This document shows positions 1 to 10,020 of a DNA stretch of 43,220 bases, in pieces (the first letter of the stretch is position 1; each line of letters starts with the position of its first letter). The notes beneath the pieces are model-generated. The model made no database searches and was not told the origin of the DNA. It saw nothing but the letters and a program-made list of their open reading frames with translations. The translations under genes were made by a program, and so were the position numbers. Source of the stretch: a virus (taxonomy: Duplodnaviria > Caudoviricetes); the IMG/VR virus record IMGVR_UViG_3300037608_000255, positions 1-43,220 of that record; one strand, written 5' to 3'.

Positions 1-969
1 TGGAACAAGGAAAAGGGTATTGCCGTTCCCATCCTTCTCGTTAAGATCGAAATTCATGGAAGTATCAACAAACTTGAGTTCGTTATCACCCAGAGAACTT
101 ATAGTGCCTGTTCGACGAGGGAAGATGATCTCAAAATTCTTGGTTTGCTCCCAAATGCCGTAGTTCGCTATTCCTGTAGCGCTCTCGATGTAACTCTGGC
201 TCTTCGTTTTGTTGGGCAAACACAACCTGAAAGCCCTGTATTTTGTAGTATTTATATTTCTAGATGATCCGTATACACTCAACCGAGTAACGATATTGGT
301 TGAAGAAGTTTTCTCACGGGTAAGCTCATATAGGCCTTTTCCACGCCCATACTCAAAAGTGAAAGGGAAAACATTACCTGTAGCCCCAATATTTAATGTT
401 CTTACCCCGTTTTGCCCGATAACAATAGAAAATTCAGTGTTGAAATTTGCCTCGGAGCAAAGAGATTGCACTACAGATAAGCAGTTATCGGTATCAGAGA
501 AGGTTAACGTTTTAGTCTCTGTTTCGAGAGGATAAGTGCCCAATATCCACTTATTTGGGAAGACCCGATTTGCATTGGATATTAGCACATCAAGAAACAT
601 TTTCAGATCCCCAGTTAGCGAATCGCCCGATAGGTCCTGAATCTCATTGTTGGTAGTATCAACGTTCACGCTATAACTCGCCCTCAACAAATCGTACTGC
701 ACTCCCTCAAATTGAAGATCATACACAAATTTTCGCTCCGAATATTTCTTTTCTTTGGCGGGGGTGTTCAAAGTGTAATCTCTACCAATTATGGTGATTT
801 TGTCTCCAATGTAGAAGTTAAGCTTAGTGGCCGATTCAACAGTAATATCAACAGTGTCCGCCCCGAGCAATTCTACCTGTTGATTAGCCCTAGTGATTGC
901 GCTTACATTCTCCTTCGATTGTAGTATTAGGGTGGTGTTATCCAAGTGGGTAACTATAATTTGCTCCAT
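1..969 (-). CDS. Tail-associated (Tal/baseplate hub-like) protein, 5' part only; runs off the window edge
   Basis: Missing from the ORF track. ATG at 969 (MEQIIVTHLDNTTLILQ...FEYGRGKGLYELTRE...IVTRLSVYGSSRNI), 323 open codons to position 1; lies directly downstream of the Dit-like gene. Confidence 0.75.
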   Translation of the reverse strand, partial: MEQIIVTHLDNTTLILQSKENVSAITRANQQVELLGADTVDITVESATKLNFYIGDKITIIGRDYTLNTPAKEKKYSERKFVYDLQFEGVQYDLLRASYSVNVDTTNNEIQDLSGDSLTGDLKMFLDVLISNANRVFPNKWILGTYPLETETKTLTFSDTDNCLSVVQSLCSEANFNTEFSIVIGQNGVRTLNIGATGNVFPFTFEYGRGKGLYELTREKTSSTNIVTRLSVYGSSRNINTTKYRAFRLCLPNKTKSQSYIESATGIANYGIWEQTKNFEIIFPRRTGTISSLGDNELKFVDTSMNFDLNEKDGNGNTLFLVP

Positions 970-1610
970 ATCAATGTTCCATTATGGGTTAGTGCTGTAA
1001 TTTCATCAATATTGCCTGTGATTAGGATAAAGAAATCGCCATTAACAAGATAGTTGTGCGTTACTACTTGGCTTGTACCACTCACATCATAGGTGTGCGT
1101 TCCGTCACCCCAGTAAATGTTTACCAACTTGGGTGTGGTAATGGTTAGTGTAACCGTTTTGTTCGCATCGCTGGTTCGGGTGTACTTAATAACCCTTTTT
1201 AATGGTTCGGGTTCTTTTAATTTTAGAGTAAATCGGCCCACCATTTGCCCATCGTTCCAAACCTTTTTGATATCAATATCACTGTCCATTAATACCTCAT
1301 ACAACAGAGGTTTTGTAGGGTCTACAGTTACGGTTAGCCTTCTGGTTCCAGTTTGATCGAATAAAGAAAGGAAGGTATTGCACTGGGTTAAGAACAACTC
1401 TTTAGTTTCAGCAATTATAAAGCAATCAAGCTTTATATCTCTTGGCTCGTAGTATCGCTTGGATAAATCAATCACCTCTCCATGATAATCTGGCCAATTG
1501 TGGGCTAAACCTTTCTTGTAACTCGGTTTGCTTAACAAGCCATCGGATGCGGACACGTGAACCCCATAAGTTGATATATCCACTTGATCTATAAGGTAAG
1601 TAATATTCAT
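954..1610 (-). CDS. Distal tail (Dit-like) protein
   Basis: 218 aa; follows the tape measure region; beta-rich with a YEPRDIKLDC segment typical of siphophage Dit-like proteins. Confidence 0.6.
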   Translation of the reverse strand: MNITYLIDQVDISTYGVHVSASDGLLSKPSYKKGLAHNWPDYHGEVIDLSKRYYEPRDIKLDCFIIAETKELFLTQCNTFLSLFDQTGTRRLTVTVDPTKPLLYEVLMDSDIDIKKVWNDGQMVGRFTLKLKEPEPLKRVIKYTRTSDANKTVTLTITTPKLVNIYWGDGTHTYDVSGTSQVVTHNYLVNGDFFILITGNIDEITALTHNGTLIWSKL

Positions 1611-1612
1611 AG

Positions 1613-2131
1613 CTAGTAAGTTTTTTTGTTTTTCTCCACAATTTTCACAACTGAATTCTTGCCCTTGGTAACAAGGATTATTTCCGCATCTCCATACCGA
1701 TTCATAACCACTTTAGCATCACCGAAAGTCTTAACTTTTATCTTCGTATTATCGAAAACATCCACCATTACAAAGGCACAATCTTTGGCTTCTAGGTTGA
1801 GCGTACTATCGTTTTTTACGAATATTTCACTTACGTGATGTTTGTTTATCTCAACAGAGGCTTTGCAAGTGCCTAGCGCCACAACTTTTCGCCCATTTAG
1901 GCTACTAAACTCCTCGTCGAGATGTATACCATACTTCTCAATTTCTCCCTTATAATTTGCCCTGATATAATCGTTAGAAGGGAAGTTGTTCGCGAGACAG
2001 AAATCTATCCCATTTAGATACATATTGGCCAATCCCTCAACCGAATCAATGTTTTTGAGGTCTTGGTACCATTCCTCGCATATTCCCTTAATTCTTGCCT
2101 GTTTTGCAATATCTCTTCCAATTCGTTTCAT
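1613..2131 (-). CDS. Hypothetical phage protein in the tail module
   Basis: 172 aa, tightly packed between the tape measure and Dit-like genes. Confidence 0.7.
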   Translation of the reverse strand: MKRIGRDIAKQARIKGICEEWYQDLKNIDSVEGLANMYLNGIDFCLANNFPSNDYIRANYKGEIEKYGIHLDEEFSSLNGRKVVALGTCKASVEINKHHVSEIFVKNDSTLNLEAKDCAFVMVDVFDNTKIKVKTFGDAKVVMNRYGDAEIILVTKGKNSVVKIVEKNKKTY

Positions 2132-2147
2132 AACATAGTGTTTTGTT

Positions 2148-5100
2148 TTATAACCCAGAAGACCTCAAGGAGTCTCCACTGGCCATAGATTTTAGCACGC
2201 TCAGAATGTCAGGAAGCGTGGCATTGTGAGAGGTGTTACTGGATATCTGCTGCAAAGCCAACAGTTGGTTTCGCATCACGCTAATGCTCTCTATCTGATT
2301 AATTCTTATGGCATTAATGTAGCCACTCATTAGAGAGGCTGTGTCGTCGCTCATGCCCTTTATTGCTCCAGTTAATGCAGATGTGTTGTCGTCGCCTGTG
2401 AAGTATTTTTTTATTTCATCTGGTAGCATGGCCAAGGCTTCTGATAATCCAGAGCCTAGTGCCGATAGATCATTGCCCATCAGAATGGCAGATTCCATGA
2501 TGGCATCAAATCCAAGGAAGTTCCCCGCTCCATCAATCCACTTGGACATGTATTGATTGATAATCTTACCAACCGGTTCCTCCACCAACTTTTGAATCAG
2601 CATTTTTCTGATCACATTGCCCACTATATCATCTACCTTCTTGCCCCAAGCCTCGGCTGCATTCTCGCCCGCCATAAAGGCATCAATTAGCGCGTTGCCT
2701 AACTCACTCGCTGCCGATGAAACAGAGGACCCAAGTATATCCTCACGCATGCCGTTGATAATGTCAATTATCTTGCTGCCATTCTCATTGGCTGCATCGT
2801 AGTATTGATCCACCTTTGCCTGATCAGCCCTTTTTTTTGACCTTTCAGCACTAGCCATTTTAAGCTGCTCTTCTCTCTGCTTGCGCAGGTTGTCAATCAA
2901 CTCTTTTTGGCTAGTATAACGGGAACTGCCAAGTGCAGCATCTATAGCACGCTCTAGCCTTTTGTAGGCCATTTCTAACTGCCGAACATTCTTCTCGTGC
3001 TCCTTTATGCTTTGATCAATTTTTTTAGTTTTATTGCCCGTTAACATGCTGATACCGCTAGCAATTACACTAATTGTTCCTTGGATGATTTGGAGAGGGT
3101 TCCCCGATGCTATTCCCATGGCCAAGCTGGCTGCTGCCCCCATTAACGATGATATGTCCTCAAGCATACCTTTTACCTGATCGGACATTTGGATTCCAAG
3201 CTTATCGAAAGAACCTATCACCTCGTCAAACGTTCCTTTCACTAAACTGACCGAACCGGCTAAACTCTTGGCTATATCCTTAAAGTTTGCTGATGATTCT
3301 TCGTCCTTATATTTTTTTAGCGCATCGGAAAGGGCTAGAAAAGGGTTTTTTTGCTGAATATAGCCTGTTACCTCGTTGATCTTGTTCCGAAGCACATCCA
3401 TATCCTCTGGGTTTAGATCGAGGGTACTGAACTGCTCCTCTATCTTATCCCTTAATTTGATTAGTTCTGCTGCGGTCACCTTGTCAAGATCACTGAATAG
3501 AGCCGTCCAATCGGCAGAGCCGATAAGGTTCTCTGTGGCCAATGAGGATAGAGCCTTTGATTGCGCCTCGTTGAGTCGCTGAACCAATTCCTCGTTATTG
3601 TTCTCTGAAGCCTTGAGCCTTTTTTGGTCAAATTCAGCCACAATGGCATCTTTCTTCTGCTCGTAGCTGCGGTACTGGGCAAGCAGCTGCTCATACTCGG
3701 TATCGCCAGCCGCTGCCACATCCTGATCAAACTTCTTGGTGCGGTTGGTCATAGCACCCTGTACAGCCTTTTTTTCTTCGGGGTCGGTTGTTTCTTCCAA
3801 CTTCTGCCGTAAAAGGGTCATGTCATTGGTGTATTCTTCCTGTAACCTCAATTTTCTGGATAGATAGGTGGCATAGGTATTCAACAATTGCCTTGTCTGC
3901 TTCTCGGCCTCGTCAGCAGTTCCTTGGTTTAACTCGTCGAGCAATCCCATCTTTTCTGCCCCCAACTCGCTTTTATCGCCCTCCAATTTCTTCTTTTCCT
4001 GCTCAATCAGTGCGAATTTTTCGAACACACTTTCTGCAAGGTCTAATTGTCTCTTGAGGGATTTTTCGTACTCCTGCAATGCTTTTTTTGCGCTGTCATC
4101 CTGTGGCCCTTTCTTATTCCTAGTGGGGTCAAGTTTATCCAGTAGTTTTTCTTGCTCTTCAATCTGCTTAAGCAGGGCACTTCTGTCCTGATCGGTGGTA
4201 GCCTTCTTGTACTGATCCTTTAGTTGATTAACTAAATCTTCAACAGCCTTAATGCTTCCTTCAATGTTTTCCTGTGCATTCTGCCCTAGGCTATCAAGTA
4301 TTTTCTTCTCCTCTTCGGAAAACTTTAGTGACATATTCAATATATCCTCTGCCTCTGCCTCTAACATTTTCTTCTGTTCTTGCAGTTTGGTGTATTTTTT
4401 ATTAACAACCTCCTCTTCAAAGAAAGTGTCTCCAGAAAGAACAGATTTTGTAACTCTTTGGGGTGTTTTCTCAAGGTCGAGATCGATTTTGGTTATTTCC
4501 TTGGCTTTTTCTGCGTAAATGTCCTTAGCAGCCATAGCCTTTGCCCTAAAAAGCAGTGATTGAATAAACTCATCCTTGCGCTCAACGAATAACTTTTCGG
4601 CCTCGTTCACAGCGTTAATTGAAACACCTAGCTCGTCGAACAACTTCTGGTTACTGCGAATAAACTTCTCTTTTGCCTCAATACTGTCACCAAGGGCATT
4701 CCATTCGGCTGCTAATTGATTAACCGCTGCTATAGGTTTGTACGCAGCTTCGGTTACCGCCTTATTAAACTCCTCCTGTTTCTTTCGCGCTTCGGCCTGT
4801 TGGCTCATAAACCTGTTCATAAGGATTATTACCCCCGTAATGGCTACCGATAAGCCCAGCGTGAGGGTTGCCATTAGCACTCTAGCAGCAACTGTAGATA
4901 CACCCATGGCGGTAGCTACCTTTGCCTCGGCAATTGCCAAGTGCTCCTTCGCTTTGGTTAAAACAACCAAGGAGAAGTAACTATCCTTGTTCAGGGTTTG
5001 AGCCACCTGTTGTAGTCCAATGGTAATGGCCATTAGCGACTGCACTTTTACCATTATTTTCTGCAAGTTCTCATTCTCGCCTGCAAATAAGCCAATGGCT

Positions 5101-5693
5101 CCCTGTGCAGCCGAAAAAACCCCTGCAAAACCCGATACGGTGGATATAATACCCTGAAACAACTTCTCGTCGTTGGCCATTACCCTCGCCTGTTGGGTAG
5201 CATCGTCGTAAGCATCCTGTAGTCGCCCAACCTCCTCGCGAAGCTGTTTAAAGCCATCCGTGTTTCGAAGTCCAGCCTGCTCCATTCTAATCAACTCCTC
5301 GCGGGCATTCCTTAACTGGGTGCGGAACGACACTTGCGCCTTTTCGTTCTTTTTGACCTCACCCTCTAGCATTGTTAAGGCCTTACGCTCACCGTCCAGT
5401 TCGGCTGTAACCGCAGCAGCTTCCTGCTTTAGCTGAACCTGTGCTTTCCCTGGTGCCATCTTGTTGATCTCGGAATTGAGTTTTTTTAACTCCCCCTCCA
5501 ACTTGGCGATAACATCCTTTTGAATCTTTATATTTTCAGCGGTTATCCTAAAACTATCGTCAATTTTCTCACTCCCCTTTACGGTTTCATCAGAAAATCC
5601 TTTTATTCTTTTCTCCGCTTCGCTAATCGCTTTAATTAACCCCTCGTTATTCAAACTTGAGTTAAAATGTAGTGCCCCGCTATCTGTTTCCAT
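2148..5693 (-). CDS. Tape measure protein
   Basis: 1181 aa, coiled-coil and Ala-rich with hydrophobic stretches; follows the tail chaperone. Confidence 0.9.
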   Translation of the reverse strand: METDSGALHFNSSLNNEGLIKAISEAEKRIKGFSDETVKGSEKIDDSFRITAENIKIQKDVIAKLEGELKKLNSEINKMAPGKAQVQLKQEAAAVTAELDGERKALTMLEGEVKKNEKAQVSFRTQLRNAREELIRMEQAGLRNTDGFKQLREEVGRLQDAYDDATQQARVMANDEKLFQGIISTVSGFAGVFSAAQGAIGLFAGENENLQKIMVKVQSLMAITIGLQQVAQTLNKDSYFSLVVLTKAKEHLAIAEAKVATAMGVSTVAARVLMATLTLGLSVAITGVIILMNRFMSQQAEARKKQEEFNKAVTEAAYKPIAAVNQLAAEWNALGDSIEAKEKFIRSNQKLFDELGVSINAVNEAEKLFVERKDEFIQSLLFRAKAMAAKDIYAEKAKEITKIDLDLEKTPQRVTKSVLSGDTFFEEEVVNKKYTKLQEQKKMLEAEAEDILNMSLKFSEEEKKILDSLGQNAQENIEGSIKAVEDLVNQLKDQYKKATTDQDRSALLKQIEEQEKLLDKLDPTRNKKGPQDDSAKKALQEYEKSLKRQLDLAESVFEKFALIEQEKKKLEGDKSELGAEKMGLLDELNQGTADEAEKQTRQLLNTYATYLSRKLRLQEEYTNDMTLLRQKLEETTDPEEKKAVQGAMTNRTKKFDQDVAAAGDTEYEQLLAQYRSYEQKKDAIVAEFDQKRLKASENNNEELVQRLNEAQSKALSSLATENLIGSADWTALFSDLDKVTAAELIKLRDKIEEQFSTLDLNPEDMDVLRNKINEVTGYIQQKNPFLALSDALKKYKDEESSANFKDIAKSLAGSVSLVKGTFDEVIGSFDKLGIQMSDQVKGMLEDISSLMGAAASLAMGIASGNPLQIIQGTISVIASGISMLTGNKTKKIDQSIKEHEKNVRQLEMAYKRLERAIDAALGSSRYTSQKELIDNLRKQREEQLKMASAERSKKRADQAKVDQYYDAANENGSKIIDIINGMREDILGSSVSSAASELGNALIDAFMAGENAAEAWGKKVDDIVGNVIRKMLIQKLVEEPVGKIINQYMSKWIDGAGNFLGFDAIMESAILMGNDLSALGSGLSEALAMLPDEIKKYFTGDDNTSALTGAIKGMSDDTASLMSGYINAIRINQIESISVMRNQLLALQQISSNTSHNATLPDILSVLKSMASGDSLRSSGL

Positions 5694-5905
5694 TACATCA
5701 TCATGTTAATATGATTCATAATACTTTGGGCATTTTCTCTGTTCAGTTTAACCTTATCGTCCTCTTTTTCCTCATAATCATATGATGGAAGGTCAGACAT
5801 TATGCGCTGAACTACAGACCATGCGATGCCGTTGTGTAAATAATCCCACGTCCATCCGAAGTGCGCACAAATTGCACCCCGTCGCCCATATGGACTTTTT
5901 AACCC
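5693..5905 (-). CDS. Tail assembly chaperone -1 frameshift extension (gpT-like)
   Basis: Open -1 frame GLKSPYGRRGAICAHFGWTWDYLHNGIAWSVVQRIMSDLPSYDY...NMMM* begins at C-AAA-AAG-GGT-TAA; its TAA overlaps the tape measure ATG. Confidence 0.7.
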   Translation of the reverse strand, partial: GLKSPYGRRGAICAHFGWTWDYLHNGIAWSVVQRIMSDLPSYDYEEKEDDKVKLNRENAQSIMNHINMMM

Positions 5906-6456
5906 TTTTTGTTTTCCTCTACCAGAATCGGCATCGTTGTCCGGGCTGCTGACATCAATCTGATAGAGTTCGTAAAATCCCCTAAATTGCTTATGGTGCT
6001 AATCAACATCACATACTCAAACAGCAATGAAGGTTTCACGTTATGGAAGAATATTTCTGTTAACTCATCAAGCCGTTTATTGTCGTAGCGGTATTTAATA
6101 ACGCCCCGTTTTTTCTCTGCAATCACATAATTCTGCCCAATAACCGCTATTGCAATAATTTTGGCCATGCGTCGAGAGTGCTCATTGGAAAGTTTCTTGG
6201 CTTCACAAACACCATCTTCCGAGCGCATAATAGCCTCGTCGATAGATAGCTCTATTTGCTCTGCCGATATGCGATCCAGTATTGATAGGGTAGGCTCGTG
6301 AATTACAAAGGTTAGGTTTTCAAGTCTTCTGGTTGGTTTTTTTAAAAACCCAAGAACGCCCTTCCTTTCCTGAACGTATTGACTGACCTCAATAACCACC
6401 CCCTTGTTGATTAACCTGTTTAACTCTTGCTTTTCTTTTTCAATTTCTTGTTTCAT
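5899..6456 (-). CDS. Tail assembly chaperone (gpG-like)
   Basis: 185 aa between the major tail and tape measure genes; ends in the slippery run CAAAAAG. Confidence 0.75.
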   Translation of the reverse strand: MKQEIEKEKQELNRLINKGVVIEVSQYVQERKGVLGFLKKPTRRLENLTFVIHEPTLSILDRISAEQIELSIDEAIMRSEDGVCEAKKLSNEHSRRMAKIIAIAVIGQNYVIAEKKRGVIKYRYDNKRLDELTEIFFHNVKPSLLFEYVMLISTISNLGDFTNSIRLMSAARTTMPILVEENKKG

Positions 6457-6471
6457 CAGGCTTTGGTTTTT

Positions 6472-6504
6472 AAAAAGCCCCGAAAGTTTTGTTTCCGGGG
6501 CTTT
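6472..6504 (-). terminator. Intrinsic terminator/attenuator after the major tail gene
   Basis: AAAGCCCCG...CGGGGCTTT stem followed by a T run on the minus strand. Confidence 0.7.
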
Positions 6505-6532
6505 CGGTATCTCAATATTTACTGTAATTCAA

Positions 6533-7294
6533 TTATGCTCCTGCCTGTGTTACTGGAACGTAAGCGGTTAAACCATCGGCTACGATAGTGACAACGGCAG
6601 TACGGCTCTCCGAATTGGTGTTGGCCGAAACCTTAACGGTAACAACCTTCAAGTTCCTTGTAACCGTAATCCATTCGTCGTTAGATGGTGCAGCAGCGTA
6701 GGTAACGTTGCCAGAAGATGCAGCAGTAATAGTCTTACCGGTAGTGTCAGCAGCAGCGGTGAAGCTTAACGATGTAGGACTAACCTCTAGTCCAGATGTA
6801 CCATCGTATGAGTGGATAGGCTTTCCAGAGGAAACAGCCATTGGGGTTACAGTGAAATCAACCATAAATAAACCTTTTGCGCTCAAATCAGCGTTGATAA
6901 CTGCTTCAATGTCGGCATTGGGAATGTCAATCCACAAACCTTGCTCTGTTTTCACCCTTACGGCCTTATTAGCTACCGCCTCGCTACCGTCAAAACCCCA
7001 CTTGGGAGCCTCTACAGTACCCACGTTGGTACCACCAATGTAGTCGATGAGCATTTGCACATCAGGGTCCATGATCGAAAAATTGAGCACAGGCATGCTC
7101 TTCGTTTTCTTCCGAACCTTGGGTGCTGATTTTCCTTCTTCAAAGTGTTCTGTTACTTCTGAAGCGGCTTGAGCCACCTTGCAGGTGTCTCTGTATGTTG
7201 CACCAATTTTGGTCAGCGAGCCAGGCATTGTGCCAGTAGTGCTGGCAATACCTACTTGTATCTCGGCTAAACCTAATGTTATCAATGATCCCAT
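6533..7294 (-). CDS. Major tail (tube) protein with a C-terminal Ig-like/BACON-like domain
   Basis: 253 aa; C-terminal LEVSPTSLSF...WITV...ANTNSESRTAVVTI...VTQAG matches the BACON pattern; synteny. Confidence 0.8.
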   Translation of the reverse strand: MGSLITLGLAEIQVGIASTTGTMPGSLTKIGATYRDTCKVAQAASEVTEHFEEGKSAPKVRKKTKSMPVLNFSIMDPDVQMLIDYIGGTNVGTVEAPKWGFDGSEAVANKAVRVKTEQGLWIDIPNADIEAVINADLSAKGLFMVDFTVTPMAVSSGKPIHSYDGTSGLEVSPTSLSFTAAADTTGKTITAASSGNVTYAAAPSNDEWITVTRNLKVVTVKVSANTNSESRTAVVTIVADGLTAYVPVTQAGA

Positions 7295-7308
7295 TGTTTT
7301 TTGTATTA

Positions 7309-7716
7309 TTAATGAATAATCCAGTTAATTCTAATATTCACAAAATGCTGCGAAATGTCTGGTTCCGTTAAAGTGCTCTGATTTTCGACCACGATCTTAA
7401 TTCCTTGTATGCTAGATGATCTTATGGCTGAAAGAACTAAAGCCGACAGCTGCTTCAGCCGAACCCTGTCTTCTACTTTCTGTTGTATACCACCTATTGC
7501 AACTGTTTTATCAGCTACATGAACATTAATGTTCGTTGTGGCTAACTGGGGTTTAAATTCTTGGGTAAGGGCTATTGTGCTGATTACAACATCTTCTTTG
7601 TCTGAATTTAATGGCCTTTGCCCAAGATATATACCTCCGTTAAGTTCATCGGTTAACGCTTGGTTCTTTTTTAGGTCTTGATAAACTATACTTTCAATAT
7701 CGTAGGTCTGTTTCAT
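7309..7716 (-). CDS. Tail terminator/completion protein
   Basis: 135 aa neck-region gene immediately upstream of the tail tube gene. Confidence 0.6.
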   Translation of the reverse strand: MKQTYDIESIVYQDLKKNQALTDELNGGIYLGQRPLNSDKEDVVISTIALTQEFKPQLATTNINVHVADKTVAIGGIQQKVEDRVRLKQLSALVLSAIRSSSIQGIKIVVENQSTLTEPDISQHFVNIRINWIIH

Positions 7717-8210
7717 TAGTCAAACGCTTTATAAATGTTGCTCTTTAGGTCTTCTAGCATTCTAGGAAGTTCTTGTTTGGCTAACTGTTCTGCCGTTGTA
7801 AGCACTACATATGGTCGTTTTGACTTCAATTTATACGCCCCATTCGCTTCCAGCGCCAATGCATAGTTCATTCCTGCAACCACAACCAGTACTATTCCTT
7901 TGCCTCTAAACTTCTCCCCAATCTTGTTGGCTAAATTTCTGCCCGTTTTCGCGCCTTCTGATCCCGATTTTACTTGTTCAAAGCTTTCGTGAACAGAAAC
8001 ACCATCCTTGAAGATGATGTATCCAATTGAACTTCTTAAGTTTCCCGTTTGGTCATGAAATCCGATTTCTGGGGGAAGTTCTCTGGCGTGGATCACACAC
8101 ATTTCTCCAAGCATTTTCATCCTCTCAATTTGTCTTCTTTCTACAATATCAAGGAACTTGTCGAAACGTTTGGCCACATCTGCCTGTGTGAATGTTGGCT
8201 TTAAACCCAT
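7716..8210 (-). CDS. HK97 gp10-like tail component
   Basis: DQTGNLRSSI and YALALE motifs; synteny. Confidence 0.7.
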   Translation of the reverse strand: MGLKPTFTQADVAKRFDKFLDIVERRQIERMKMLGEMCVIHARELPPEIGFHDQTGNLRSSIGYIIFKDGVSVHESFEQVKSGSEGAKTGRNLANKIGEKFRGKGIVLVVVAGMNYALALEANGAYKLKSKRPYVVLTTAEQLAKQELPRMLEDLKSNIYKAFD

Positions 8211-8536
8211 AGCCTGCTGTTCATTTGCCCTTGGGAGAAATTTAAAACATGCCCCTTCGCCCTTGGATTAGCCAAAACATCGTTAATAGATGTTATTTTT
8301 ATCTCTGTACCAAACTCAATATTTGCAGATGACTTGGGCAGGTATACGGTTGAAGAAAACGCCACCGCCTTTCCGTCAGGACCGTTAATTAACTTTCCCG
8401 CTCCGTTGGTCTCCTCCCTGCAATTAGCATGTAATACCCACTCGTCAACCGGACCAGTCCAATTGCCTTCGTTATCCTGAACGGACTCGCTCACCAAGTG
8501 AACGAACAGGAAGTGGGGGTACTGCTTCACTGACAT
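8201..8536 (-). CDS. Head closure/head-tail adaptor protein
   Basis: 111 aa beta-rich neck gene with QDNEGNW; synteny. Confidence 0.6.
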   Translation of the reverse strand: MSVKQYPHFLFVHLVSESVQDNEGNWTGPVDEWVLHANCREETNGAGKLINGPDGKAVAFSSTVYLPKSSANIEFGTEIKITSINDVLANPRAKGHVLNFSQGQMNSRLWV

Positions 8537-8537
8537 A

Positions 8538-8846
8538 CTACCAAGAGTTTGAACGGTTTCTGATTTGAGGTTTGAGAAAATTAGGCTTACCCAACTCGCT
8601 ACACAGCGATTTGTACCAAAGCTTCACGGCATCCATATTCCACGACTGGGAGAAACCACCCTCCGAAACGTTGGCTAAAGGTAGAATTGCCGAGAACGAC
8701 TTGTGCATTGCCTGTTTACAGGCGATAATATTGAGGGACCCGCTTAAAGCAGGGTTCTCAACCATTATCAAATCCACATCATCATCGGTTAGCCCAAACT
8801 TTGCCAGCTGTGCTTTAAGATAGTCTCTGTTAGTGTTAATTGCCAT
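8538..8846 (-). CDS. Head-tail connector protein
   Basis: 102 aa helical protein with an NVSEGGFSQSW motif, directly after the capsid gene. Confidence 0.65.
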   Translation of the reverse strand: MAINTNRDYLKAQLAKFGLTDDDVDLIMVENPALSGSLNIIACKQAMHKSFSAILPLANVSEGGFSQSWNMDAVKLWYKSLCSELGKPNFLKPQIRNRSNSW

Positions 8847-8854
8847 GGCTATAA

Positions 8855-8888
8855 AAGATTAACAAGGGGCTATGCTGCAAGCCCCTTG
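8855..8888 (-). terminator. Intrinsic terminator after the major capsid gene
   Basis: CAAGGGGCT/AGCCCCTTG 9-bp stem followed by TTAATCTTTT on the minus strand. Confidence 0.65.
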
Positions 8889-8894
8889 GGTAGT

Positions 8895-9986
8895 TTACTT
8901 ATTCCAAGTAGTGCCATTCACCTGCATAAGAACAGAGCGACCAGCCAAGTTCCACGCGGGGAATAGGTTGGCAATACCCTCGGTCACCTCCTTAAGAGGA
9001 GAAGCATTGGAGTACTTCTGAACCATGGTGTGACCGTTCATGGCCTTAATGGCCTCGGTCTTCACGTTCATGTCTATAGGACGCTTCCAGTGGGTTTTAC
9101 CCAGTATTTTACTCTCCGAGAAAAGTACTACATCATCCTCGAAAGGATTGCCAGTTGTACGGCTACCATCGGGGAGTTCAATTGTGATATCCTGATCAAC
9201 AGGCACAATTTGAAGCCCACCAAAATTAACCTTACGCATAAGCATGGAATTTACGTCCTGTAGAGCAGGAGAGTAAGGCAAGTTGGCTGCATTCTGTAGG
9301 TATGAAGCACAGAATTTAACCACCTCGTCAACCGCTACCAACTTCTCAAGGGTAGCCACGTTCATAAAGGCAAACTTGTAGTTAGCCCCTATAAGCTTAC
9401 CAATCTTAATGGCAGCGGGAAAGTCCTTGGTGATAGGTTTGGCTGAGGCTGTGGTAGCCCAAGACGTGTTCACACCAATCTTGTGTGTCGATGGCATTTG
9501 GTAATCCACATTATACTCAGTAACCACACCGTGGTTATTGGCATTAGTGAACGCCACTTTACCAAGGGAGATTTGCTTTAGAGCAATCCACTCTGCACGG
9601 GCAGCAACGCCATCCCAGCAGTACTTGGTGTCCTCTGCCCAGAATTCTACGATTGCTCGTAGGTCAGGATTTTGGCTCGCCATGGCCAGCATGATGTCAT
9701 ACTCTGTGAGTTCGTCTTCCAACTTCTCACGGCTGATGGCGATTTTTGGAATATCACCCTGAATTCGGCTAATAGCCTCGCGGGTCTTTTTGGGAATGGT
9801 AGCGCCACGGCTTACCAAGTCAGCAGCGATTTTTAATCCTGCTTGCCCCTCCAACATCTTCCACGTAAGGAAAGGAGTTTCAGTTAGAGGGAATAGGGTA
9901 GGGTAGTAGTAAGGCTTAAGGTCGTAGGTATTTATTACCGCCTGCATGTCCTTCTCGTTCAACCCTTGCATTAATGTCTTTTGCAT
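8895..9986 (-). CDS. Major capsid protein (phage capsid E-like)
   Basis: 363 aa; follows the scaffold and decoration genes and is followed by a terminator; YPTLFP, IPKIAISR and ARAEWIALKQIS segments resemble the lambda-E-like family. Confidence 0.85.
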   Translation of the reverse strand: MQKTLMQGLNEKDMQAVINTYDLKPYYYPTLFPLTETPFLTWKMLEGQAGLKIAADLVSRGATIPKKTREAISRIQGDIPKIAISREKLEDELTEYDIMLAMASQNPDLRAIVEFWAEDTKYCWDGVAARAEWIALKQISLGKVAFTNANNHGVVTEYNVDYQMPSTHKIGVNTSWATTASAKPITKDFPAAIKIGKLIGANYKFAFMNVATLEKLVAVDEVVKFCASYLQNAANLPYSPALQDVNSMLMRKVNFGGLQIVPVDQDITIELPDGSRTTGNPFEDDVVLFSESKILGKTHWKRPIDMNVKTEAIKAMNGHTMVQKYSNASPLKEVTEGIANLFPAWNLAGRSVLMQVNGTTWNK

Positions 9987-10020
9987 AATTTATGTTCCTT
10001 TCTATTTTTAGCGATAAGGG

